A stretch of DNA of 64,000 nt from Eledone cirrhosa (lineage: Eukaryota), in contig OZ024747.1 of the NCBI GenBank assembly GCA_964016885.1, positions 79,732,001 to 79,796,000 of the forward strand, in the 5' to 3' direction. Position numbers and translations under genes: made by a program. This document shows positions 11,366 through 22,665 of this stretch, in pieces. Every line of letters begins with the position of its first letter. Positions within the stretch are counted from its first letter, which is position 1. The notes beneath the pieces were generated by a model that had not been told where the DNA came from, ran no database searches, and saw only the letters and a program-made list of their open reading frames with translations.

Positions 11366-14039
11366 TATTTCTGTTACTACTACTGCTGCTACTATCCAAT
11401 ATGTCCATTTTTTTTCTTATTTAAGACAAGGGCAGGATTCCCCAACCTGGAGTGGGTAGGGTCTGAGCTAAGTAGTGCAATGTTAATCCACAATTAGTGG
11501 TACTGCTTAACCACCAATTAACAAATGAACCCCATTGCTGACAAAACAGCACCCCCCTCTCTCAATATATATATATTAATAATAGTAATAATAATAAATT
11601 TGAAGACTAAAATCCAAAGGGGGCTCGATAAGAATAAATATATATAAAATATATAAGTTTGATATATATCAAATATATAGTTTCAGAAGATCCCGTTAAG
11701 GGTGAAAGCAGCGATTCTTTACTTAAACTTTAATCTGTTATTTTAATAAATATATATGTATATATATACGTATATGTATATAATCATCATTTTACGTCCG
11801 CTTTCCCCTGCATGCAAGGGTGGGACTGGTCCTCTTCAACACAACATCTCTCAATTTGTTACAGTCCTTCATCTCCTTTAAGGTCAGCTCTCACCACCTC
11901 CGCCCATGTCTTCCTCTATTGCATCTTCCTTCCACTGGGATTATATATATATATATATTTTATATTTTAGTTGAAGGCACTTCCAGAGAGTTCTTGGCGA
12001 TCCCGTTTTCACAGAGAATGTTTGTACTGGTAATGATAAATACACATATATCATCATCATACGTCTATTTCCCATGCTTGCTTGTGTTAGACAGGTTGTC
12101 TTGCTCATACAGAACTGTTTCTAGCTTGGTTTCAACAGCTGGATGCTCTTCCTAATGCCAACACATTACAGCATAGACTGGGTATTTTTTGTCATGTCAC
12201 CTGCCCAACCAGCTTATAGGGTGGACTGGGTGTTTTTTGTTGTCACCAGCACAACCACCTTTACTGGGTGCTTGTGTATATTTTGTTTTTTGAATTTAAT
12301 TTTGAGTTGTTTTATTTTATATATCTTTTCACTACCAGGGATCCAATTCAAGATGCCATTTAATCCAAAACACTCGGAACGGCTATCCTTAGAATCCAAT
12401 GACTCGGGTAATGGAAGCCAAAAATCTAGAAATTCCAGGTGAAGAATTGAACATAATGGGCTCAACATCTGAAATAGAGGCAAAGAAATGGGTGGAATTA
12501 TGTAGCATTCTTTCCTTTCTGCTGACCAATTAGTAACTTAACCCTTTACCATTTAAACTGGCCATAACCAACTGCTCATACTTATGTTAAGGTATTGTTC
12601 TCAAAATAAATATCAAAATCTCATAGATTCAATATTATGTGAAATAAACTGTTCACTAAAAATACAATAGTAAATATAGAGTAATGTAAATGCTAAAGGA
12701 TTAACCCATTTCATACCAAACTGCTCATGGTTTTGTAACAAAGCTGTTTATTTTAAAGTGTTTATATTTATCTAACAACCTGCCATTGTTGTTTGACATC
12801 AGAACCTATGTTTCAAATACCACCTTAATAAGAACATTACTTATATTACTAACTTCCTTCAAATTCTTGATTATTTTCAAAAAGATTTCTAAATTATAGT
12901 TAATCACTTATTAGAAATATGGTAATGAAAGTTTAGGCTTTCCTGAAAATTCACCATTTTCCTCATTACTTTACATCCAGTTTCCATTTTGCCATTAATT
13001 GGACAGTTTATCACAATCCTAATTAGTTCTTATTTAACCCTTTATCACTTACATTACTCTATATATAATATTATATTTTCATGGTAAAGGCTTTACCTTA
13101 CATAATATCAAATTTATGAGAATTTGATATTATTTTAAGAACAATACCTTAACATCAGTATCAGTGGACAGTTTGAACAGAAAGAGGTGAGAAAATTCGA
13201 GCTGGATATGGCCAGTTTAAATGCTAAAGGGTTAAAGTTGTGTTGCATGTATATAGATCAGCGGTTCCCAACCTTTTATAATAAATTCCACCTTAATGAT
13301 ATAACAAAACAGTATGGCATCCAAAAAATTAAAATTTTTGATATAATTTTTTTATGTAGAAATAATTTTGGCATGTCTTTTTATTTGTGAAGTAAAATCA
13401 TAATTAGAAAAGGTAGAAAGTTGATAAAAAGTTGAATATAAAAATTTAAAGCAAGAAAAAGAAAAAATTATGTGAGGAAACTACTCTTCTTTTTTATGTA
13501 TAAAATTTTGTGATTTTTAGTTAATTCCCGTGGCTCCCCCAATAACTTGCTATGGCCCCCTGGTTGGGAACCAATGATATAGATAGATATACACTATGGG
13601 CATTCACACATTTTCTGTCTACCAAATTTTACTCACATGAACTCCTTAACCACACCACTATGGCTCTGCCTATATTTCATATAGTGATACCTGAACGCTG
13701 TTTATTTATTTCTCTCTTTTTTATCACCTAAAATCTGTTTTTTATTTGCAGCATCAGTTCACAGAATTCATTGAGTGAAGAACAAGATTGCCGTGGTGGT
13801 GATGATGATGAACATGATGGGGAAGCTGATTTGTTTGAAGAGGAGGAAAGCACTAGCCTGACTTGCAACACGGAAGAGACACACTGCAAAAATTTACAAC
13901 CAAATAAACAAGTGGAAGGTGAGGAGTATGAAGAGGAGGAAGATGGTTTCACAGCAGACGAAGGTGCTGCTGTGTGGTTAGAAAGTATCGGGCTTGATAA
14001 GAAGAATTTCCCTTCTTTGAATCCCAATAAAGTTCGACT

Positions 14040-14048
14040 GTATCCTTT
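14040..14048 (+). other. U12-type (minor spliceosome) 5' splice site
   Basis: GTATCCTTT directly after the DONSON exon ending ...NPNKVRL. Confidence 0.8.
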
Positions 14049-14899
14049 TCTTTTACGATGTGTGTGTGTGTGTGAATTTCGTATATCTAAAGATATACGT
14101 TATGTTTAATAAATAAACATTTTGAAAGCTTCGGCTATGAATAGAAGGCCAGCGCCATCTAGTGGAATCCAGCAGATGCAAGGGGGATAATTGTCTATGC
14201 ATTTCAAACTTTAAGGGTTCTCGTCAGGACAGTGCTTCCCTCTGCCGACTGCTGGACTTTGAAGCAGATGTGATACCTTACAGAACTTCTTTCAACCCTC
14301 TGCATTCTCAGCTAGCTTGTGATGACACTGGTGCCATGTATTGGCCCTTATTTCTCCCTTGAACTCATCTGTCTTGTGAATAAGGGAGACTTGTGTACAT
14401 TGGTAACTCCTGGTTTCCACAGAAAATCTTGAGATTTTGATATTACTTATTTTGAGAACAATACCTTAACATCAGTATGAATATCCAGTTACAGCTGATT
14501 TGAACAGAAAGAGGTGAGAGAATTCTTGCTGGATACGGCTGGTTTAAATGCTAAAAGGTTAAGGAGTTCATTTTGTAATCATTTAGTTTTGGGTTCAACC
14601 TCACAGTATGAACCCTTTGGAAAGTGTTTCACTGAAGCCTTGAGTTAACCAATGTCTTGTGGAATTAGGTGACCATGTCTTGCTCATACAGAACTGTTTC
14701 TGGTTTGGTTTCTATGGCTAGATGCCCTTTCTAACGGCAACCACATTTACAGCATAGTCTGCATGCTTTTTATTGTGGCATCAAAACAACCAGGTTGGAC
14801 TGCGTACCTTTTCAACATGTCACCAATATCACCATTTTTCAGGGTGGACTATATATATATATATATATATACTAGCCCACCCGTGACTCGTTGGATCAC

Positions 14900-15650
14900 G
14901 TTCACTGGAAAAGTAATTTTTAAATAACACTTCATCAACCACGTGCAGTTCTCTGGCTACAACCAAAGAGACAGAATCAGCGTATACAAAAAAGCCACAG
15001 AGAAATATAAAATCCTCATAGAAATGGACATGAAGGTAATTTGCCCATTATACGAGAGCAAATCATGGAATAGTTTAGATAGGACTAAACATAAGATAGG
15101 GAAAGCCACTTCATGGTACGACAACCAGAAATACGAGATTGTTATGTTCGTGGATGGTACCCCAGGAGGGAAATTAACAAAGCAATGTAGAAAGGCCCCA
15201 AGAAAGACCCATCTAAAGATTAAAGTGGTAGAAAAGCCAGAAACTACCATAAAAACCCTGATCAGAAAAACATACCCCTTTAAGAAAACCCACTGTACGA
15301 ATAAGAAATGTGTTATATGTAGAATAAACCCTCAAATAAATTGTAAAACTAGAAATGTAGTCTACACCATAAAATATACAGAGGGCACTTTCAGAAACAT
15401 AACAATGACATACATAGGTGAGACAGCTCGAAGCATAGGAGAAATAATAGACCAACATTGGGGGGAACTAAAAGGACAAAAAAAAAAAACGGTTCAGAAC
15501 TATATGAACACGCCAGACAAAGACATGGTGGTAATATAGACAACATAGAAATTAAAATAATATCTAAACATAGAAATGACTCAACAGGTAGGTAAATCAG
15601 AGAAGCAACTGAGATAGAACTAAGAAGACCGAAATTGGACAGAAAGAACG
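14900..15650 (+). mobile_element. Penelope-like element fragment (RT C-terminus/linker + GIY-YIG endonuclease)
   Basis: ORF 14943-15539 with C..C..C..C, then NVVYTI...YIGETARS. Confidence 0.85.
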
Positions 15651-16883
15651 AATGGAATAACAACAACAACCATACCCAAACAAACAATATTGACTTAAAT
15701 GAAATATAAATAAATAAATAAATAAATACACAAGTACAATAACAACAAACACATAAACACACACTAGTGAACAAAGATACAATACAAAAACAAAAACACA
15801 TACACTCAAACGCTAACACACACATGCAAACGCATGCGCAGAGAAGAATAAATAAATAAAGAACGAAAATAAAAATGGCGTAGACATTACAATACAATGG
15901 GAGGAAACATAATAGTACCACTGACGATGATAAACATTGATTGCCAAATAAATTAACTATGGAGATATAAAAGATACAGAAGCGAAAACCAACCCAAACC
16001 AAACAGTGAATGTGTTCTGTTACTATCTCTGGCAATATTATAACAATATGACCCTCCCCACCCAAGTATAATAATATTTGTTTCAACACACGATTTCATA
16101 TCAAAAACCTTGCAAAACATATATATATATATATATATATTTAATACATTAACAGAGAAAGCTTTAAGCAATACTCCGACCGGCTTCTGTCTCACTCAAC
16201 AAACATTAGGATATACCTTAGTATAATCCCAATTATACGTTTGGGGTGCTAACTATACGTATTTTGCGGATAGCCAGTTGTATTATTTAATATGAGACAT
16301 AATTAAAATACATCTCTCTTTCCAAACGATCGTTTCATTATAAGTTTTCTACAAATTGGGAAAATAATGTCCAGGTTATGTAGAAGCCTACACATAGTCC
16401 GTAGGAATATATGTAGGTGGGCACTTATAAATCATCAGTGGATGCCTGACAAATATCGATAAAAAAAATCTTACCGATATTAACGTTCAGCGATGGTACC
16501 CCTCCGTGCCAGAATGACCGCCAAATTTGAAATTCCAGTAATCTCACACTGCCATCAAGCGGAAAGGGAAGGTCATCGCAAAACATAAACAAATAAAATA
16601 ATATGCACGCGGGTCAATTAATTCTTTCAATAATTTTAACCATGCGTGAAGAACTCAATTGGATATAAGCATATATTATTTATACACGTATATAGGTATT
16701 TTCTTAGGCTAAAAACAGAGATAAGATACCGGAAGAACAATCAATATTTCATACAAAGAATAAATACGAAAAGTCATACCTAAAAAGTATCTGGAAATAT
16801 TCATCCCTGGCCAAATCAAGAGTATAATATTTAATACATTAACAGAGAAAGCTTTATAGTTATGTAATAAACAACATAAGATA

Positions 16884-16947
16884 ATTCATTTACCAGTGGT
16901 TTCTTGAAGACAGATATTTATATCTGTCTTCAGTCGTCAGAACGAAT
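16884..16947 (-). ncRNA. Type I hammerhead ribozyme motif
   Basis: Minus strand: AUUCGUU-CUGACGA-c-UGAAGACAGAUAU-aa-AUAUCUGUCUUCA-a-GAAA-CCAcUGG-UA-AAUGAAU. Confidence 0.7.
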
Positions 16948-18859
16948 AATATATATATATATATATATATATACAAAAATTCTTCTTCACCCACTTATTC
17001 CTGAGAGGGGTGTATGTCGTGTGTGTGTTGAGGGTGTCGTGTGTGTATGTATGTGTGATTGTGTGTGTCGTGTGTGTTTGGTAAGCTGACAAACAGTTTT
17101 CCCCACTTCGTGTTCTGACCACACTAAGACAATTACTAAACCTGTATTTCCCACTCTACAGTCCACACTCATCCATGCCAAATCATATGACATGTCATAA
17201 CCCCATACAATCTTTAACACAGTGCAACATAGATGTTTAGGTGTTTATTTATTAATTATAAAACTGTGATCCTTAAAGTTTCTGAGGTCTCCCTAGTTGG
17301 CCTTAATGGTAGCAGCGGCCCTAACCTTAGATGGATGCAAATGTTGATAACTAGGGAGTAGGATGGATTTAGGTACCCCTAAAATGACGTGATAATCAAA
17401 TGGGATGTCTTTTACTCATATACCTTGTTAACCTGGATCTAAACCAGAGATGGGGAACCATAGGCCTTCTATGCCATTCTGTGCAGCCCTTTATGAAAGT
17501 TTCCAACAATTTTTTTATTTTAATATGTTTTTGTCTATCTCTTATTATTTCAATTTAAACCACTTGTTGCTGTGAACCAACATTCTCCTACCTAACCAAA
17601 ATCATGACACCTTTGAGATTACAAATGGTGGTTGCCCATCTAGAGGTTCAGTTGAAACTTCAGACTTCCATACTGCAACCAAATATCAATTTGCTTTCCT
17701 ACAACAAAGTAATTAAAACCTTTAAAACTGATTTTTTTTTTTTGTTTGATTTTTTCGATAACTAGTACATAGTAATTAGATTTTTACAAAATAATGTAGA
17801 TTTTAAGAATATGTAATTACGGTTTCTTGAATGCAGCCTTATTATATTACAAGTAACTTAATGTGGCCTTTTTAGAAACGGTTCCCCACCTCTTGTCTAA
17901 ACAATAACTAGCTTAGTGATTTTCAGCATTTCCACTACTAAGGACCCCTTTTTATTTAAATGGATTTTCCCATGGCCCACACATAACAATTATTCCCCTG
18001 CCAGAGTAACAGTTGAAAGAGAGAAATGATTAGACCGTAAAAAAAGAATGGATACTCAACAGCGTGTGTGTATATTATGTCAATTGAAAGTTTGAACTTA
18101 GCTCACAGATCCCTAATACTACATTTGAGGACCCCATGGTTCCGCCGACCACAGTATGGGAACAGCTAAACTATCCCAACATTTTAAATAACTATTTTAA
18201 GTGCCAACACTTCTCTCTGTAAAAAGCAACTTTTATAAGGGAGATAATTAAATATATATTATTAATACAATTGCCGAGATTTACTTGAATAAATAAAGCG
18301 TTATGTTTATAAATGCGATTAATATTTTATAGGATTGTGTTTTTACCTATATAAATTGCTTTGAATTTAGTGAATTTTGATAAAAGGCTCATAAGAAATG
18401 TTATTTTTATGAATTAAACATTTGATCTTATTTTGAAATTTTGATAGCAGTTATTCCCCTTGTTGAAGCTGTCTTGTTTAGATTAAATTAATCATAATTG
18501 TATGTCTTGCGGAACTCCATGATTCCAGGGAACACCGGTTGAGTGGATTGGCAGTATCGGTAGAGCGTCGGACAGCATGGAGTTATGGCCCTTTACGTTC
18601 TGAGTTCAAATCCCGCCTAGCCTTTGAGGACTCTTCCCTAACGATTCTCCCAAGAAGAAGTAACGTATTGTATCAATGAAATCGACTTTTTCCTCCCCAC
18701 AAATTGCTGGCCTGGTGCCTAAATGACATTTTTATTTACAGAAATATTTATATAAAGCAATAAGGAAATGAAGAATAGAAGAAAAAGAAAAGAAATGAAG
18801 AAATTAAAGAACGAATGGAAAGGATAGGGAGCAACAGATGCTACACCTTTATCTCAGCG

Positions 18860-19230
18860 GTATCTTTCAGCTTCCTCCTGTAGACAAAATGGCGAAAGCA
18901 TCGCCTCGTAGAACGGCCAGTGATTCCGACTGCAACATCATCCACTCCGTCTCATGGGACTCCTCCCTTGGGAAGACTGCTGTTTTTTTCGATTTTGCGA
19001 AAGAAATGGCAGTTCGGTGACTTAGATCAACTCAATTCTCGACGGTAAATCCCTATTCCGAGATGCCACGTGTTGCGTCACGTTCTCCGCCTCTAGCCTT
19101 GTTGTTTCGGCTGCAAACCTAGACATTATCGTTTGCAGAAGAGGAGAAAACTGCCAAATACCGGGGTTTCACTGTCCGCTTCTTTTCCACGTTGGATGCT
19201 GTTGAGACTTCAGGTGTCCTAAGAGCCTAA
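18860..19230. mobile_element. Degenerate CRE-clade retrotransposon 3' fragment with internal inversion
   Basis: Plus strand about 19041-19230: DGKSLFRDATC...AEEEKTAKYR...AVETSGVL. Minus strand about 19020-18868: ...EWMMLQSESLAVLRGDAFAILSTG. Both align to ORF 58022-58798. Confidence 0.75.
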
Positions 19231-19246
19231 ATTAGAAATCATTGTA

Positions 19247-19479
19247 CAGGGTGACCACAAAAACACTCCTTGATATCAAATACTTATATGGAAACTTAAA
19301 TGAATATTCTTACAATATTGGTGGCTACAGTTGCATAAACTAACAAAGTTTCATGTGGTATTGGTTGATATCATAGACACTCTATTGCCTCTATTGTTGA
19401 TTGGCAAACATCTATGCGATAATCACGTAGGTTTTGATAGAACTATTTGAAATCAATGAGTGTTTTTGTGGTCACTCTG
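19247..19479. mobile_element. Tc1/mariner-type MITE
   Basis: TA-CAGGGTGACCACAAAAACACTC...GAGTGTTTTTGTGGTCACTCTG-TA. Confidence 0.85.
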
Positions 19480-20017
19480 TATCTTATATTACTAGTGTAT
19501 CTATGTCCTAAAAAGTGCTAATTTTTCTGGGGACTGTGTTGGCAGTGGCAAACATTGGTGGGCTATTTAATATAGACGAGATACTCATTATTTCCATCGC
19601 TCTTAAAATCTGTGTCGATGTATGCAGAGTGATGGAATGGAGTATCGATGTGGGGAGGATGGTCGCTAAATAGTTGTGAACTTTTTTTTTTACCTTTTAT
19701 TATTGATTTCTACCTTTTATTGATCTGTTAGTATCGGTAGAGGGTCGGACGCCATGGTTTGACGCATAGAGTTACGGCCCTTGCTATTCTGAGTTCAAAT
19801 CCCGCCGAAGTTAACCCCTTACGGGGTCGATAAAATAAAGTACCAGTAATAAACTGGAATAATTGCTGGCCTTGTGCCAAAAGTAGAAACAATTATTTAT
19901 ATCAAAATGTTAGCTGCTAAAAGCTGTGATTTGCAGAGATTTGCTATTTCTAGAAGATCAAAAGACTACTCAATGAGTTCCGGGCGTTGAAAAACAAAGG
20001 GAGATAACTTCCACCAG

Positions 20018-20128
20018 TGACGTCATTCTGTTTCGCGCGAAAATTTAGTTATATTATTGTCGCTGCCTTGTTATGTTGGCAGTTTGAAAATATATTCAAA
20101 ATATATAATCGTCGCACCTAAGGTAAGA
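20018..20128 (+). promoter_or_regulatory. Probable DONSON promoter and non-coding first exon
   Basis: CRE/ATF site TGACGTCA (20018-20025), palindromic E2F site TTTCGCGCGAAA (20031-20042), donor AG|GTAAGA at 20122; about 1.05 kb upstream of the DONSON ATG. Confidence 0.55.
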
Positions 20129-20159
20129 AAACATCACTGAATCATCACTTTCGAGCTAA

Positions 20160-20899
20160 GGCGATATCCAATTTTAGCTGTCTAAATGCCGCTTAGTTGC
20201 TGCTTACTTCAATGTATGAGGCTATTCCAACAGATTTACATTCCCCCTTTTTTTAGCCGTTAAAAAAAATATAGATTTATTTATTTTTATTTGTTTGCGA
20301 TTTATTTGCCACTGGGGCATAGATTTCTTTATTTGCCCCTTTTTTGTTTGTTTGTTTTTTTGCAATTTATTAGCCTTTTGGGGTCACACACTCCCCCGTA
20401 GAAAGTGTGCGACCTTTCTGCCAGGGAGCACAGAGAGAGGGGGGTGCTCCCTTCTTCTCTTACCTGTACAAGCCGATATAGAGAGATGGCCCACTTACAC
20501 GGGCCATTATTGCTACTTTCACCCATCTTTCATGGAATTGGCTGGGACTGAGTGCCTTTTTCGGGTGAAAGTAGCAATAATGGCCCGTGTAAGTGGGCCA
20601 TCTCTCTATATCGGCTTGTACAGGTAAGAGAAGAAGGGAGCACCCCGCTCTCTCTGTACCCCCTGGCAGAAAGGTCGCACACTTTCTACGGGGGTGTGTG
20701 TGACCCCAAAAGGCTAATAAATCGCCAAAAAACAAACAAACAAAAAAGGGGCAAATAAATCGCATAAAAAAAAAATAAATAAATCTATATTTCTTTTAAC
20801 GGCTAAAAAAAAGGGGAATGTAAACTTGTTGGAATAGCCTCATACATTGAAGTAAGCAGCAACTAAGCGGCATTTAGACAGCTAAAATTGGATACCGCC
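20160..20899. mobile_element. Foldback MITE, GGC termini, 8-bp target duplication (Merlin-like)
   Basis: Inverted arms about 20160-20525 and 20563-20899; flanks CGAGCTAA / CGAACTAA. Confidence 0.85.
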
Positions 20900-21175
20900 C
20901 GAACTAATATAGAACATACATTTATAACTTTGAAACTTAAAAAATGATATATTTATTTCAATATGTATAAGGATGCTACCTTACGATTATTTATTTTACA
21001 TTAATTATCAGCGAACTTCTGTAGAATATATTTATATATGTATATTTGAATATTTATAAGCAATAAATAATTGTATCTACTTTAGGCACATGGCCAGCAA
21101 TTACCTAGTGCATTACTGGTACTTTATTTTATCGACCCCGTAAGGATGAAAGGCAAAGTCAACCTCGGCGGGATA

Positions 21176-21212
21176 ATGACGGACACATCGCCCACTTGGA
21201 AGAAACCATCCG
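21176..21212 (+). pseudogene. DONSON: Displaced DONSON start (MTDTSPTWKKPS)
   Basis: Joined to 846 onward through ACCATCCG it reads MTDTSPTWKKPSDVMKLRRK, resembling the vertebrate DONSON N-terminus SPGFRKPPEVVRLRRK (recalled, not searched). Confidence 0.8.
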
Positions 21213-21378
21213 GGCACTACAACGCTATGAGCTGTCAGTCCAGTGGAAAACAAGCGAAGGTGACGTCACTCGTCAACATCGTTTATTTCCGTATTACTAC
21301 CACGCGTAAGTGGAGTTTTCACGCGGTTTTTTGAGAGAGAGGGGGAAGACTTAAAAGGGCCAAATTAGAAAACAAGTC

Positions 21379-22432
21379 GGCATACGTCAAAACGGCCGGC
21401 CGCAAAAGTGAAACTAATTTTTGACAGTTACGTACGTCATTATTTTAATTTTGGATTGTGAAATTGTTTGATTTTATGCCTATATATATATATGGTGGCT
21501 GCCAACTCGTTTTCGAGTACGGCCACTACTTTATATCCATGTAGGAGAACCCCTACCGATGCGCTAAACAAGTGTGACTTTTAGTCCAGCCAGCGACTTG
21601 AAAACTCTGGTACAAACACTACACCTGTGACAATTATTGACACATAGTGTTGGGCCTTTGGTACCATGTGACGACAAGTGTAGAGAGATCTCCAGATATA
21701 AAGCAATGCCTGTGCCGTGAAGCTTTTATAGTGAGCAAAGGCACTGCACAAAGCCAGTCCCACTCTCTTAACCCAAGATGATATTTACCAAAAAGAAGAA
21801 TAAGTCAACATCATTGGATACCATCAGGGTTGCAGGTGTTATATCAGAGTTTTCCTTCTCTTAGAATTCTGCCTTGACAAAGGCTAAGGGGTCATCTCTC
21901 CCGGTGATTTTGGATGGCCATTGACTCTTAAGAGCTCCTTTGCCAGGTTTTGTTTTTAGTCCTGCAGGATGTCCAAAGTCACCCTCCTCACCAAGAAACC
22001 TTGGTGGGGTTGCCAGTTTAGTCGCCAACGACCCGACCATGGGACAGGTTGTACTGGGATACATGTTACCAGTAGCACCAACTGGTGACCTGACATAATA
22101 TATATATATATATGCATACATACATACATATATGTATACATATGCGTATATATATACATACACACATATATATGTATATACACACACACAATATATATGT
22201 ATGTATATACAGACATATATATATGTATATATATATATATATATATATGAAATACTGTTGGCTTCACGCTCACAATTATTTCTATACTTTCATTTATATA
22301 TATATATATATATATATGGCATATATATATTGTAAAAAAACAAACAATTTCACAATCCAAATTGAAAGTAATGACGTACGTAACTGTCAAAAATTAGTTT
22401 CACTTTTGCGACCGGCCGTTTTGACGTATGCC
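21379..22432. mobile_element. Nested TIR element with GGC termini and about 90-bp TIRs
   Basis: GGCATACGTCAAAACGGCC...GGCCGTTTTGACGTATGCC; flanks AACAAGTC / TTACAAGTC. Confidence 0.8.
21560..22095 (-). mobile_element. Interspersed repeat (probable LINE 5' region), homologous to 26121-26520 on the plus strand
   Basis: Shared CCCAGTACAACCTGTC.CATGGTCGGG.CGT.GGCGACTAAACTGGCAACCCCACCAAG. Confidence 0.6.
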
Positions 22433-22494
22433 TTACAAGTCGTGGTTATAAAGCATATCGATGTAAGTGGAGTTACTTAAATGAAAATATAGGT

Positions 22495-22510
22495 GGCCCT
22501 TAAAAGGGCC
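22495..22510 (-). terminator. Orphan histone mRNA 3' stem-loop, second copy
   Basis: Reverse complement GGCCCTTTTAAGGGCC-ACCTATATTTTCATTTAAGT. Confidence 0.8.
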
Positions 22511-22665
22511 AAATTAGAAAACAAATTTAAGTTAATTAGAAAACAAGTCATGGTTATCAATGTAGAAAACAAGTCATTCATAAATTTAAGTTTTATAATC
22601 AAATTTTTTTCACAATAGCGTTGTAGTGCCCGCAATTCTGTATCTTTACGTATATTGTGCATAGA

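Larger units (their letters stand above)
846..14039 (+). pseudogene. DONSON: DONSON (downstream neighbour of SON / humpty dumpty) disrupted gene body. Exons about 846-1128, 8387-8491, 10843-11030, 11971-12029, 12339-12438, 13752-14039
   Basis: Motifs PSDVMKLRRK, KNPFRR, LPVDWSLKQKMRF...FDWCKNLRTSEEAE, FHRECLYW, GIQFKMPF, acidic tract then WLESIGL; AG/GT boundaries. Frameshifts in the first exon, core exons missing, no 3' exons found. Confidence 0.85.
21213..22630 (+). mobile_element. Merlin-like non-autonomous DNA element with a histone 3' end module and nested insertions
   Basis: TIRs GGCACTACAACGCTAT / ATAGCGTTGTAGTGCC. Flanks do not match each other (ACCATCCG vs CGCAATTC). Confidence 0.8.

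Noticed and set aside
15391-16089. 232-aa hydrophobic ORF
   Set aside because: Low-complexity antisense of an A/C-rich repeat tail
18838-19020. Short ORF with an apparent start AAAATGGCG
   Set aside because: Antisense of the CRE fragment C-terminus
20295-20765. Paired similar ORFs on opposite strands
   Set aside because: Artefact of the palindromic element
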